The notes beneath the pieces were generated by a model. That model was not told the DNA's origin, did no database searches, and saw only the letters and a program-made list of their open reading frames with translations. A stretch of 64,000 nucleotides of DNA from Candidatus Cloacimonadales bacterium (lineage in GTDB: Bacteria; Cloacimonadota; Cloacimonadia; Cloacimonadales; DAONDQ01), in NCBI GenBank assembly GCA_963662275.1, contig OY759316.1, positions 3,264,001-3,328,000 of the forward strand. Direction: 5' to 3'. Below are positions 47,988 to 56,892 of this stretch, in pieces. Each line of letters begins with the position of its first letter. The first letter of the stretch is position 1. Both the position numbers and the translations under genes were made by a program.

Positions 47988-48500
47988 CTAGTTGGTTGCT
48001 TCGTAAAATCTTGTTTCAGGAGTTGAATATGTAACATTCGGAAATCCATCGATTTTACACACATCAATAGACCTGACTAATGTTTCATATGTTACGTCGG
48101 GGTATGGAACAACCTTGATATTAAATAAATTAGGATTCCTGTTCTTCAAACTTGTGATAGCTTCGTCCAATGCGATGAAATCATATTTCTTTTGTCCATT
48201 AACAACAGATGTCGGTATGGTAATTGAACCACTACCCTCTTCCTCAATGACAAACCTGTTGTTGTAGAGAACTACTTTTACCACTTTTATTTTCTCACCG
48301 CTTGATCCGGCACCTGTACCACCGCCACCACCACCTGAATTGCCAGTCAAGTTCAGTGAGATATAAGATAGCTGGACGGTTACAAGCATCGTCAGAAGCA
48401 TTGGAATAAGTACAATGAAAAGATTCATAATAGGGGTCATATCAAGTGGGTCCATCCCAGACATCTTAGTATTTCGACCTTTCGATGGGGAGAATGCCAT
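47988..48500 (-). CDS. ExbD/TolR-family protein with Asn at the TM Asp position
   Basis: LDMTPIMNLFIVLIPMLL; PDVTYETLVRSID..K..GFPNV. Confidence 0.82.
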   Translation of the reverse strand: MAFSPSKGRNTKMSGMDPLDMTPIMNLFIVLIPMLLTMLVTVQLSYISLNLTGNSGGGGGGTGAGSSGEKIKVVKVVLYNNRFVIEEEGSGSITIPTSVVNGQKKYDFIALDEAITSLKNRNPNLFNIKVVPYPDVTYETLVRSIDVCKIDGFPNVTYSTPETRFYEATN

Positions 48501-48503
48501 GAT

Positions 48504-49268
48504 TTAATCCTTAATCGTGTTATTGATTTGGTTGATCATTTTAACACTATATTCATCAATTCCATTGATTACTCTTTCTGCAGTACTTTGCAGATAAATA
48601 CGCAGGAATTGGATTGGTATTGCAACGATTAATCCGAGAGCTGTCGTTCCCATAGCAGTCTTGATACCCATGGTCAACAAACGTGACTGATCAACTGGTG
48701 CAGCCGTAGCTAATGCATTGAAAGAACCAATCAATCCCCAAACCGTTCCCAGAAGACCTAACAGCATAGCTATCTGGGCAAACAAATCGAGCCAGAACAA
48801 ACCTGAATCGATGCCAGGAATTGTTTGAAGAGAAGCTTCATCAAAGGCATTTTGTACAGAATCTCTCAATTCTTGTCCTTTCTTTCCTGCTTTGCGTGTA
48901 TCACGAAATATGGAGAATCCACTCCAGAAAATAAAACCTAAGGTAGTCTTTCTAAAACTGTCGCAAATCTTAATAGCTTCATCAATTTCATCATTTTTAA
49001 CATAGCCTTTCAATTTAAGATAGAGTTTTCCAGCATCTACCTTTTCCAGGACTAATATCCGCCGTACCTTAATAAATCCGAATACGATTGAGAGAGCTAA
49101 CATGCCTAAAATCAAGATTCCAAAGGTAAGACCGCTATCATGTATGACTCCCCAAATTGTAGTGCCGCCAGATGCCTGTTTGGCAGCTTCTTTTGCAGCT
49201 TCCTGGGCAAAGGCAAATCCTGCTGTTGCTAGCAGAGATATCATAAAACCGATTTTTTTAGTATTCAT
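48504..49268 (-). CDS. MotA/TolQ/ExbB-family protein
   Basis: IAMLLGLLGTVWGLIGSF, GIKTAMGTTALGLIVAIP. Confidence 0.92.
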   Translation of the reverse strand: MNTKKIGFMISLLATAGFAFAQEAAKEAAKQASGGTTIWGVIHDSGLTFGILILGMLALSIVFGFIKVRRILVLEKVDAGKLYLKLKGYVKNDEIDEAIKICDSFRKTTLGFIFWSGFSIFRDTRKAGKKGQELRDSVQNAFDEASLQTIPGIDSGLFWLDLFAQIAMLLGLLGTVWGLIGSFNALATAAPVDQSRLLTMGIKTAMGTTALGLIVAIPIQFLRIYLQSTAERVINGIDEYSVKMINQINNTIKD

Positions 49269-49289
49269 AATAACCTATTCCTCCATTGT

Positions 49290-49556
49290 TTATTTATATA
49301 GCATTTTATTGGATTTCACTAATTTCTCAAGTAGGAAGTTTTTAAAATCATCCGATACTTCCGTCTTTTTGCGACCCATATAAGCACTAGTATCTGGTAC
49401 TCTCATGGTTGCACGGACATCTTCTGTTGTTTCTTCCTTGAGTACTTTTACATTGTCTGCTTCAAATTTCTTCTTAACATCGGTTGCTTCCTGGCAGAAA
49501 ATGTATGTCATGGAAAAGCATAAAACCAAACTTAATAAAAAAGTTCTAATTTTCAT
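49290..49556 (-). CDS. Small exported protein (88 aa), GltF/CglF-like
   Basis: Signal peptide MKIRTFLLSLVLCFSMTYIFC; start overlaps the upstream TPR gene; V.A..R.P....M.RKKT core. Confidence 0.6.
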   Translation of the reverse strand: MKIRTFLLSLVLCFSMTYIFCQEATDVKKKFEADNVKVLKEETTEDVRATMRVPDTSAYMGRKKTEVSDDFKNFLLEKLVKSNKMLYK

Positions 49557-52500
49557 TATTCCCCGCCTTGTCTTCTTGTACCACCTCTTGGTTTGTTTCA
49601 GGTAGAGCACTGGTAGCTTGCTTTTCATAATAGATCTGCAGATTCTCAGCAAAATACTGATCCACATCTGATTCGTTCATTACTTTGATTTCAATCTTAT
49701 TAATCCCTTCAATCAGATTCTGATTATCTATCCTAATTAAAGAATGTGATATCTGAATTCCATTTACCAGAACTGTATCAATGACCTGAGGCTCACTATC
49801 TAAAGGCTGCATATTGATATTCACAAGTATAGCACTGCTTGAAGCTATATGCATATAAGCAATACTTGGAAGTGTCGCAGATTTAATATCCCTGGATATC
49901 GTGATTGACTGATGAGGGAAAATCTTGATGCAACCAAGAGTAAATTTACTGGTTGTAGTAATATTCGGTAAGATCTGAGACTTTGAAATTGGAAACGAAT
50001 CTGGACCAACTTCTGTGGTCATACGCCATGTATCGTCAAGTATATTTTCCACAATCTCATAAGATGGAAGCCGATTCAATTCTACTAACATACTTGTAGC
50101 TGCACCGATGTTAGAATCAGTATAACCCGTACTCTCTGAGAAAGTCCTAATCAGATATGTTAAGTAAAAAACTTCCGCATCTTGTAAACCTAAAACATTA
50201 TCAGATTTCGTAGTTCTAATCATCTGGACAACTGTATCATATGTTTCAGGAGTTCCTTTAAGCTCTAATATTTCACGAGCAGTTAAGATATACTTTTCAA
50301 GTTGAGTATCCATCACCTGGGCAGCATGCTCATATATCTTACCAATTAACAGAATTGCTTTTGTCCGTCTTTGGCTATCAAGATCATAGTCATTTGCTGT
50401 CCGAAGTAACTTTTCAACCTCACTTCTATTTCTATTGGCTTCATCAATAAGACCTTGAATTCTCTTATCGCCTCCGTTTAACTTCTGTTTCCATGTCGTC
50501 TTATCATTCACAACAAGTAAGGTTGATGGAGACATTTTAAGGAAACCATTTTCAAGACTTGCCAACTTGTCATCATACGTTTTCAGGAATTTCATATTTG
50601 CCATTTCCGCATCATAAACAGTTCTGTATGCAGAAAAATCTTCATAGACACTGGACAATGGTAGCTTTAATCCTTCTTTCTGATAACTAGTATCGAGTTG
50701 TTTAAACTCGTCTATTCTAAGGAAAGTAGTCGTCCAATCCTTTCTTCCAAAAGCAGCTACGGCTTCATCATATATCTTTCCTAACTCACCTTTAGCAAGA
50801 TCAGGCAGAAGTGTAGAGTTTGGATCTTTCTGATAAATTTCAAGAGCCATCTTATGATATTCAGCTTCGTTCCCTTTTTCTTTATACTTAGCAGCAGAAT
50901 ATTCCAATAAACCTAACGCTTTAGGATGGTTTGGGTATAATCTAGCAAAATTCCTACTAAGTTCAGCCACTTTTTGATCATATCCATTTTGTCGATATTG
51001 TTCAAGCGCTAACAAGTAGATATCTTCCTTGGGGTCGCTGCCAATATTGATTCTGCCTGCGACTGCATCATTATACAGATCCAAGTACATATTAGCGGCA
51101 CGATCTTTTGTTTCTGCACTTTTAGCAACTTCAGTGATCAATGTTAAACGTGTCTGATAGGCTTCAACAGATTTGGGATATTTGGTAACAAAGTTATTTT
51201 TCAACTGTTCTGACTGTACTTTATCCGTTAATAGACTATCTGCAATCGTCCATGCATTCACATAAAGGATATAGATATCATTTACGTTATCCTTATATTT
51301 GGCAACATCCAATAGCAGATCAATACTTTTCTGATACATACCGGCTTTGTTGTATAAATCTTGTGCTACTATTTTATAACCAATCACTCTAGTTTGATCA
51401 GTTTTATCAAACTCACTTGCAAGTTTCAGATATTCTTCAGCAGCCTTGGAATATTCATTCTTAGATTTGAGTAAATCAGCCTGGTTATTCATTTGAACAA
51501 GGTAATTGTCATGAATTGCCTGTTTGTCTTGGGCATTCAAAGCATACGACTCTGCTTCTTTATAGTAACTTGTTGCTTGATCAAAATTGCTTGCTTTTTC
51601 GCTGAGCTGTGCAAGTTCAGTATAAATTCCTCTTTTCTGACTAACAGGAAGATTATATTTCAAAATAGCAAGAAGATCTTGCGTCGCTCCATTATAATCA
51701 CCAACTTTTTGTCGAATTTGGCTTCTTCCATAGATAACATGAATTATTTCATCATCCTTATTAGTATCTGTATTCTTATCAGAAAGAAGAATGGCAAGAT
51801 ATCTTTCAACTCCCTGAAGATACAGTGTATCAACAGCAGCAGATGAAATAGTAAAAGTATACGTCGTATCAGAGTATGTACCATTTGTATATTTATCCTT
51901 CAATAATTCCTGAAGTTTCTCAATACAAATGAACGCTCTTCTTTCATTCTGAAAATAATTTGTATTCTCTGGGTTGTCCTGGTTAGATTGGTAAATTCTC
52001 TGATTCAACTCTAAGTATAATTTAGGATTGTTCTGATGTTCTGCTAAATCGTAATTCGCCAGGATAACCTTTTGAGCTTTATCTGTAATCCATCCTTGAT
52101 TGGTTGAATCCACCAGCTCTGGAGTGTTTTGAAAACGAGCTATCAAACCAGCATACTTTTGGAAAGCGAGTAATGACTTATTATTAAAGTACTCATTCCA
52201 GTAATAGGGTTCAAGGAAGAAATAGGACTCGCAAACTATTTTCATAGGTACTTTCAAATCATTAGATTTATTGGCGTTATACCAGGATGAACCAACGCTA
52301 TACGTGCTAATAATCTTCTCTTTTTCAGCTAAAATCACATCTTTCAAGTTCATGTTCGGGCGTAAACCATTCGCATTTGTCGAATAAATCACAATGATTG
52401 AATCTTCCAAAGAAGGGTTTTCCAATTCATTCGGGTAAAGAGTCATATAGGCGTTATAGAAATCAATCGCCTGCATAGGTGCATTCAGGCTTTTTTTAAT

Positions 52501-53406
52501 CTGAACTGCTTTTAGAAGTATCTTCTTCCCATATGAAACGCTTACTGTATTAGGAAGATGATTAATGGCATAAAGCGCTCCCTCTGAATTGGACACATAA
52601 TCATTTTTATCCAAGTTAACTAAGCTATATGCGACATTTTCAATTGATGAATCTTCATAATAAACTTGGAGTTTAAGACTTGGATTAGCCATCAGGGATA
52701 AGATACTACAAAAATCACTGAAAGATTTCTCATATAAACCGGAAGATAAGTTAGCCCAACCTCTTTGGAAAAGACCTATATACTGAAGATCATCATTTGA
52801 ACGGTTCGCCAGGATATTAAACAAATCAGATGCTTTTTGGTAATATTCAACAGGGCGTTCCGCGTCTAAACCTATCTGATAATAGTCAACAGCTAAACGA
52901 AAAATTGCTTCTGATCTATAGGTGGAAGTTGGGAAATCTCTAATTAATTCACCATATGCGTCGATCGCCGGTTGCATATCCTTTATCGTTACCTTTAAAG
53001 AATCCACATTATTGGTGATCTCCTCAGCGTTACGATTTACGGCGCGGATACGTTTATCATTGACTTTATTCATGGCTGACTGGGAAACATAGAATCCAAT
53101 ATTGTACAATATTCTGTCTTTTTCTCTGAAATTCGGATCATTGATTAATACTTGCTGATAATAATAGAGCGTAATCTCTGGATGCTGTAGATTGATAGCT
53201 CCACTGAGTTCAGCTAAATTAGAATAGAGGGAAGCATTGTTAGGTAAATTTGGATTTTCTTGTATAAAATTCAGAGTTTGTTGAAAAACTTGTCTTTTTA
53301 ATACAAGATTCTTTTCCAATTGTATTTGTAATTGTTCGTCAGTTACAGCAACAGCCATTGAAACGATAAGTAACAAAACTGTAAATATGAAAATACCCTT
53401 ATTCAT
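49546..53406 (-). CDS. Large exported TPR protein (1286 aa), GltD-like position
   Basis: Signal peptide; TPR motifs such as ILYNIGF, AYGELIRDFPTS..SEAIFRLA.YY, FARLYPNHP. Confidence 0.75.
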   Translation of the reverse strand: MNKGIFIFTVLLLIVSMAVAVTDEQLQIQLEKNLVLKRQVFQQTLNFIQENPNLPNNASLYSNLAELSGAINLQHPEITLYYYQQVLINDPNFREKDRILYNIGFYVSQSAMNKVNDKRIRAVNRNAEEITNNVDSLKVTIKDMQPAIDAYGELIRDFPTSTYRSEAIFRLAVDYYQIGLDAERPVEYYQKASDLFNILANRSNDDLQYIGLFQRGWANLSSGLYEKSFSDFCSILSLMANPSLKLQVYYEDSSIENVAYSLVNLDKNDYVSNSEGALYAINHLPNTVSVSYGKKILLKAVQIKKSLNAPMQAIDFYNAYMTLYPNELENPSLEDSIIVIYSTNANGLRPNMNLKDVILAEKEKIISTYSVGSSWYNANKSNDLKVPMKIVCESYFFLEPYYWNEYFNNKSLLAFQKYAGLIARFQNTPELVDSTNQGWITDKAQKVILANYDLAEHQNNPKLYLELNQRIYQSNQDNPENTNYFQNERRAFICIEKLQELLKDKYTNGTYSDTTYTFTISSAAVDTLYLQGVERYLAILLSDKNTDTNKDDEIIHVIYGRSQIRQKVGDYNGATQDLLAILKYNLPVSQKRGIYTELAQLSEKASNFDQATSYYKEAESYALNAQDKQAIHDNYLVQMNNQADLLKSKNEYSKAAEEYLKLASEFDKTDQTRVIGYKIVAQDLYNKAGMYQKSIDLLLDVAKYKDNVNDIYILYVNAWTIADSLLTDKVQSEQLKNNFVTKYPKSVEAYQTRLTLITEVAKSAETKDRAANMYLDLYNDAVAGRINIGSDPKEDIYLLALEQYRQNGYDQKVAELSRNFARLYPNHPKALGLLEYSAAKYKEKGNEAEYHKMALEIYQKDPNSTLLPDLAKGELGKIYDEAVAAFGRKDWTTTFLRIDEFKQLDTSYQKEGLKLPLSSVYEDFSAYRTVYDAEMANMKFLKTYDDKLASLENGFLKMSPSTLLVVNDKTTWKQKLNGGDKRIQGLIDEANRNRSEVEKLLRTANDYDLDSQRRTKAILLIGKIYEHAAQVMDTQLEKYILTAREILELKGTPETYDTVVQMIRTTKSDNVLGLQDAEVFYLTYLIRTFSESTGYTDSNIGAATSMLVELNRLPSYEIVENILDDTWRMTTEVGPDSFPISKSQILPNITTTSKFTLGCIKIFPHQSITISRDIKSATLPSIAYMHIASSSAILVNINMQPLDSEPQVIDTVLVNGIQISHSLIRIDNQNLIEGINKIEIKVMNESDVDQYFAENLQIYYEKQATSALPETNQEVVQEDKAGNNEN

Positions 53407-55424
53407 CGACTACCTGTCCCCTGATCCTGTTGATCAGTTCGTTCCGATTCTTTTTGCAGAAGTTTATCATTATTCAAAGTTTTGATGTAGCTTAATTCTA
53501 AGAGAGTATACTCAAATTGTTTATTCATCTCGTTAACCTGTTGATTCAAACTCTCAAATTGTTGACCATAAACCTTGAATATCTCATCAAACTGACCAAT
53601 ACGAGTTTTTGCATCACGAAGAAGCTTACCTGCTAATTTGCGATTAAAGTTTTTCGAAACATCCTCTCTTATCACAATCAAGGAATCTCTGGTATTCATT
53701 ATGTCCTGCAAAGTACTCCGTATCGCTTGTTCCTTTTCAGGATTGGTATTATAATTCCCAAAAAAGTGATTTGCAGCTAATTCCAGATTAGCTATGTCTT
53801 CTGCGAGAGAATTATAGGTTGCATAGGCTTTATCAGCCAATGCTGTGTTTCCAGATTTTTTTGCCTGGTCACCAACCTGTTTCCAATTGAGCAATGCTTT
53901 TCTCTCTTCCCAAATTTCCCTGGAAATGAGTTGCGCATTTTCATATTTTGTAGCGGACACTTCAGGCAAATTGGCTATTAGATTATACGCAAATGCTTTT
54001 ACATAAGTAGAATCAAGATCAGCAATATGCTTATCGATAAGTGCTGTTTCATCAACATTTGGCTTATTAACCAGTTGTTTAATCTTGAGCACTTCCTGAG
54101 TCAGCAAATTTTGATATGTGATGTACTTATCTTCAATATTTTGTATCTTCTTTAATTCAACGGGATTGATACCGTACGACTGATTTGTTAATTGAAGATC
54201 AATATCAGAAATTTGCTGTTCTAAAACACTCATTTCGTTCACTATAGCTAGATTTGTTTCCTTACTATTACTACTGATAAATTGATCTCTTAAGTCTCTT
54301 AATCTATAAATAGCATGGTGTTTTTCATTGATTAACTGAAGAAAGTTATCATTCAGTTTTTCTGAATTATCCACTACGTTCCTTGCTCCTTCTTCATCAC
54401 CTTGTATGCTTTTCATATAGACTATCATATAAACTGAAGAAGTATAGAATTCGGTAGCTTTCGGATCGTTGAGGATCTGGTTTAATAGAGTTTCCGCTTG
54501 TCCAAACTTTCCTGAATTCTTCAAGGCAATTGCCATTTCATATTTGATTTCACTCGCTGAAGTATTGGCATTCACCTGAGAATATTGAGAATAGTATGTC
54601 AATGCCTCATCAAGATTTCCCAATTCGGCATACAATCGTGCTATACATAGCAAAATGAAATCATAATAGGGTGCTTCCGGAGAATAATCATCTTTGATTT
54701 TCATGAATTGTTCAAGGGCAGCATCAGGTGAGACCGAACTGACTACAATCAAAGCAAGCATCGCTTTTGATCTAAGTCCTAAAGTTTTATCACCCGTTAT
54801 TGACATAAAACTTTCATAAGAATTGTCATATTGCCCCAGATTATAATACGCTTGCCCCAATGCATAAATTTGTTCATTCGTCTTAGCAGTCGTTATCGTT
54901 GAATCCAGAGCTATCAGTTTGATATCCTGATTTGTCGCTATATAGATTTTTTCTAGAAGTGATATGCCAGCATTGTATTTGATAGAATTGGGATAATACT
55001 TAATGAAGTCTTCCAAGGCAACTTGCGCTGATTCATAATACTTATTATTAAAATCTATGAGAGCCTTGTCATAAAGAATCCGATCCTGAACAGAAGGAAT
55101 ATCTTTATAAATCATTTTCATTTCAACCAATTTATCAGAAGCAGCTTCCAAACTCTGATTTTTCATAATATCAATCAGTTGTTTTTCTTCTACCTCAAAA
55201 CTTTGCATAAGAGCCGACATATTTCCGGCGTTATACTGCTTCTGCACTTCTAATCTCTTAGTTGCCACAGAGGCTAATCTATCTATTTGGGCTCGGAGTT
55301 CATTGTACTTATTCAGTTCTGAAGTAACGATAGAACGTAAAGAATCTTCAGAAACATTCTGCGCAATCAGAATATTTCCAAAAACAAAGAACATTACGAG
55401 TAACAAGAAAGATTTAGCTTTCAT
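53403..55424 (-). CDS. Exported TPR/coiled-coil protein (673 aa), GltC-like position
   Basis: Signal peptide; FIKYYPNS, YALGQAYYNLGQYD, ARLYAELGNLDEA; helical C-half. Confidence 0.75.
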   Translation of the reverse strand: MKAKSFLLLVMFFVFGNILIAQNVSEDSLRSIVTSELNKYNELRAQIDRLASVATKRLEVQKQYNAGNMSALMQSFEVEEKQLIDIMKNQSLEAASDKLVEMKMIYKDIPSVQDRILYDKALIDFNNKYYESAQVALEDFIKYYPNSIKYNAGISLLEKIYIATNQDIKLIALDSTITTAKTNEQIYALGQAYYNLGQYDNSYESFMSITGDKTLGLRSKAMLALIVVSSVSPDAALEQFMKIKDDYSPEAPYYDFILLCIARLYAELGNLDEALTYYSQYSQVNANTSASEIKYEMAIALKNSGKFGQAETLLNQILNDPKATEFYTSSVYMIVYMKSIQGDEEGARNVVDNSEKLNDNFLQLINEKHHAIYRLRDLRDQFISSNSKETNLAIVNEMSVLEQQISDIDLQLTNQSYGINPVELKKIQNIEDKYITYQNLLTQEVLKIKQLVNKPNVDETALIDKHIADLDSTYVKAFAYNLIANLPEVSATKYENAQLISREIWEERKALLNWKQVGDQAKKSGNTALADKAYATYNSLAEDIANLELAANHFFGNYNTNPEKEQAIRSTLQDIMNTRDSLIVIREDVSKNFNRKLAGKLLRDAKTRIGQFDEIFKVYGQQFESLNQQVNEMNKQFEYTLLELSYIKTLNNDKLLQKESERTDQQDQGTGSR

Positions 55425-55436
55425 ATTATCCTGCTT

Positions 55437-56411
55437 TTATTGTTGGTCTTGGAGTATTTTTTTAATTTCTCCTAATTCCTTCTCTGCCTGTTCTCTCTTT
55501 TCACGAATCAACCTCAATTCATCCAGTAATTCATTCCCTTGTTTAATTTCTTCAGGTTTAGTTACTGTTCTGCGTCCGGCGAATTCCTGCTGACCACCTT
55601 CAAGTCCAAAAAGTACATTAGGTCTCTTGGTCGTAACATATTTATCAAAAGTATAGCCTACATTCATACCAAAACGCAAACTCTGAAACTGTTCAAGCTC
55701 CATCATTGTAAGTTGCCCGCTAAAATTCTTATAGGTAATTTTACCTGCAGCATTTAGATTGAAACCATCCATCTCCGCAATGACAGACCACATCGGTGTT
55801 GGTTTTACTTCCAAGCCGACAAACACCCCATCAATCTTATGCGAGAGCTCGTTTTGACCTCTAAAACGATTTGTTCCAGCACCTATGGTAATTATGGTCT
55901 CCAAATAATTGATAAAACCTAAACCACGAACGACACTTGACTTGGTAATTGCAGCATATAGGGAATTTCTTTCGTACATACAAGGTTCTACGATATTTTC
56001 CCATCTGGCAGCATTTGGTGCTTCCTTAGGTACTTTGGAGAACAGATTATCTGCTCCGATCGTGATCGCAGGTAATCTAACTGTTTCTTCTAATATTTTT
56101 AATTTAGCATTACCACAATAAACACCGTGTTCGGCTGCCACAAAGCCTAATTCTCCACGATTCATGATACCGACATTAATCATTCCATCCCAAGTATATT
56201 GGTATTTATGACTTTGAAGATAAGTAATATTGTTGTAGTTCGGACTATGCCAATCATTTGCAGAAAAATAATTAACATATGACACAGTCACCATATTACC
56301 TGGCATAACATATGCATTGGGAACTCTAATATTCCCCAAGTTTCCGATCGGAATCGCTTGAAGAATGCAGAGTACAGACACAAGGATAGAAAAGACCACG
56401 TATTTTTTCAT
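55437..56411 (-). CDS. YjbH-domain-like outer-membrane beta-strand protein with C-terminal coiled coil
   Basis: Signal peptide; GNIRVPNAYV, KLKILEET.RLPAITIG..NL, amphipathic strands, helical tail. Confidence 0.65.
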   Translation of the reverse strand: MKKYVVFSILVSVLCILQAIPIGNLGNIRVPNAYVMPGNMVTVSYVNYFSANDWHSPNYNNITYLQSHKYQYTWDGMINVGIMNRGELGFVAAEHGVYCGNAKLKILEETVRLPAITIGADNLFSKVPKEAPNAARWENIVEPCMYERNSLYAAITKSSVVRGLGFINYLETIITIGAGTNRFRGQNELSHKIDGVFVGLEVKPTPMWSVIAEMDGFNLNAAGKITYKNFSGQLTMMELEQFQSLRFGMNVGYTFDKYVTTKRPNVLFGLEGGQQEFAGRRTVTKPEEIKQGNELLDELRLIREKREQAEKELGEIKKILQDQQ

Positions 56412-56463
56412 ATTCCCCCCACATTATCTTAATGTTGTTTTTTTTTGATTCATCTACATAGCA

Positions 56464-56492
56464 TTTATAATGTATTGACATGTATTAGTCAA
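56464..56492 (-). promoter_or_regulatory. Sigma70-type promoter for the YjbH-TPR-ExbBD operon
   Basis: TTGACT-N17-TATAAA on the minus strand; overlaps a divergent TTGACA at 56475-56480. Confidence 0.6.
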
Positions 56493-56508
56493 GTTTTATT
56501 TTATATAA

Positions 56509-56892
56509 ATGAAAAATGAAAACCCTTTAGCCTTGGCAAAAAATGGTGAAGATTTAGCTGCATCCATACTCTCCCAAAAGGGTTATACTATACTACAGAT
56601 GAATTTTCACAGTCGTTTTGGCGAAATTGATATTATCGCCAAATCACCTTCGCACATCATTTTTACTGAAGTAAAAACTCGTTCTTTTTTAAACAGAGAC
56701 CTTGCTTTAGAAGCTGTCTCATTAAAAAAACAAAAACGCATTCTCAAGACAGCTTTGCATTTTCTTCAGCAGCATCAGGAATACAATGAATTCATGATCC
56801 GCTTTGACATTATACTCGTCTTTTATCACCACGCAACAGAAAACTTCAGCATTGAACATATTGAAGATGCTTTTTCATTCAGTGGGGTATGA
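56509..56892 (+). CDS. yraN: YraN-family (UPF0102) protein
   Basis: GEDLA, GEIDIIA, FTEVKTR, RFDI, HIEDAF. Confidence 0.9.
   Translation: MKNENPLALAKNGEDLAASILSQKGYTILQMNFHSRFGEIDIIAKSPSHIIFTEVKTRSFLNRDLALEAVSLKKQKRILKTALHFLQQHQEYNEFMIRFDIILVFYHHATENFSIEHIEDAFSFSGV

Noticed and set aside
45949..49268. Ordinary TonB-ExbBD or Tol-Pal locus
   Set aside because: Two dissimilar ExbD genes, a transducer with a large cytoplasmic N-domain, linked giant TPR genes and no adjacent receptor, tolB or pal make this less likely, though not excluded.
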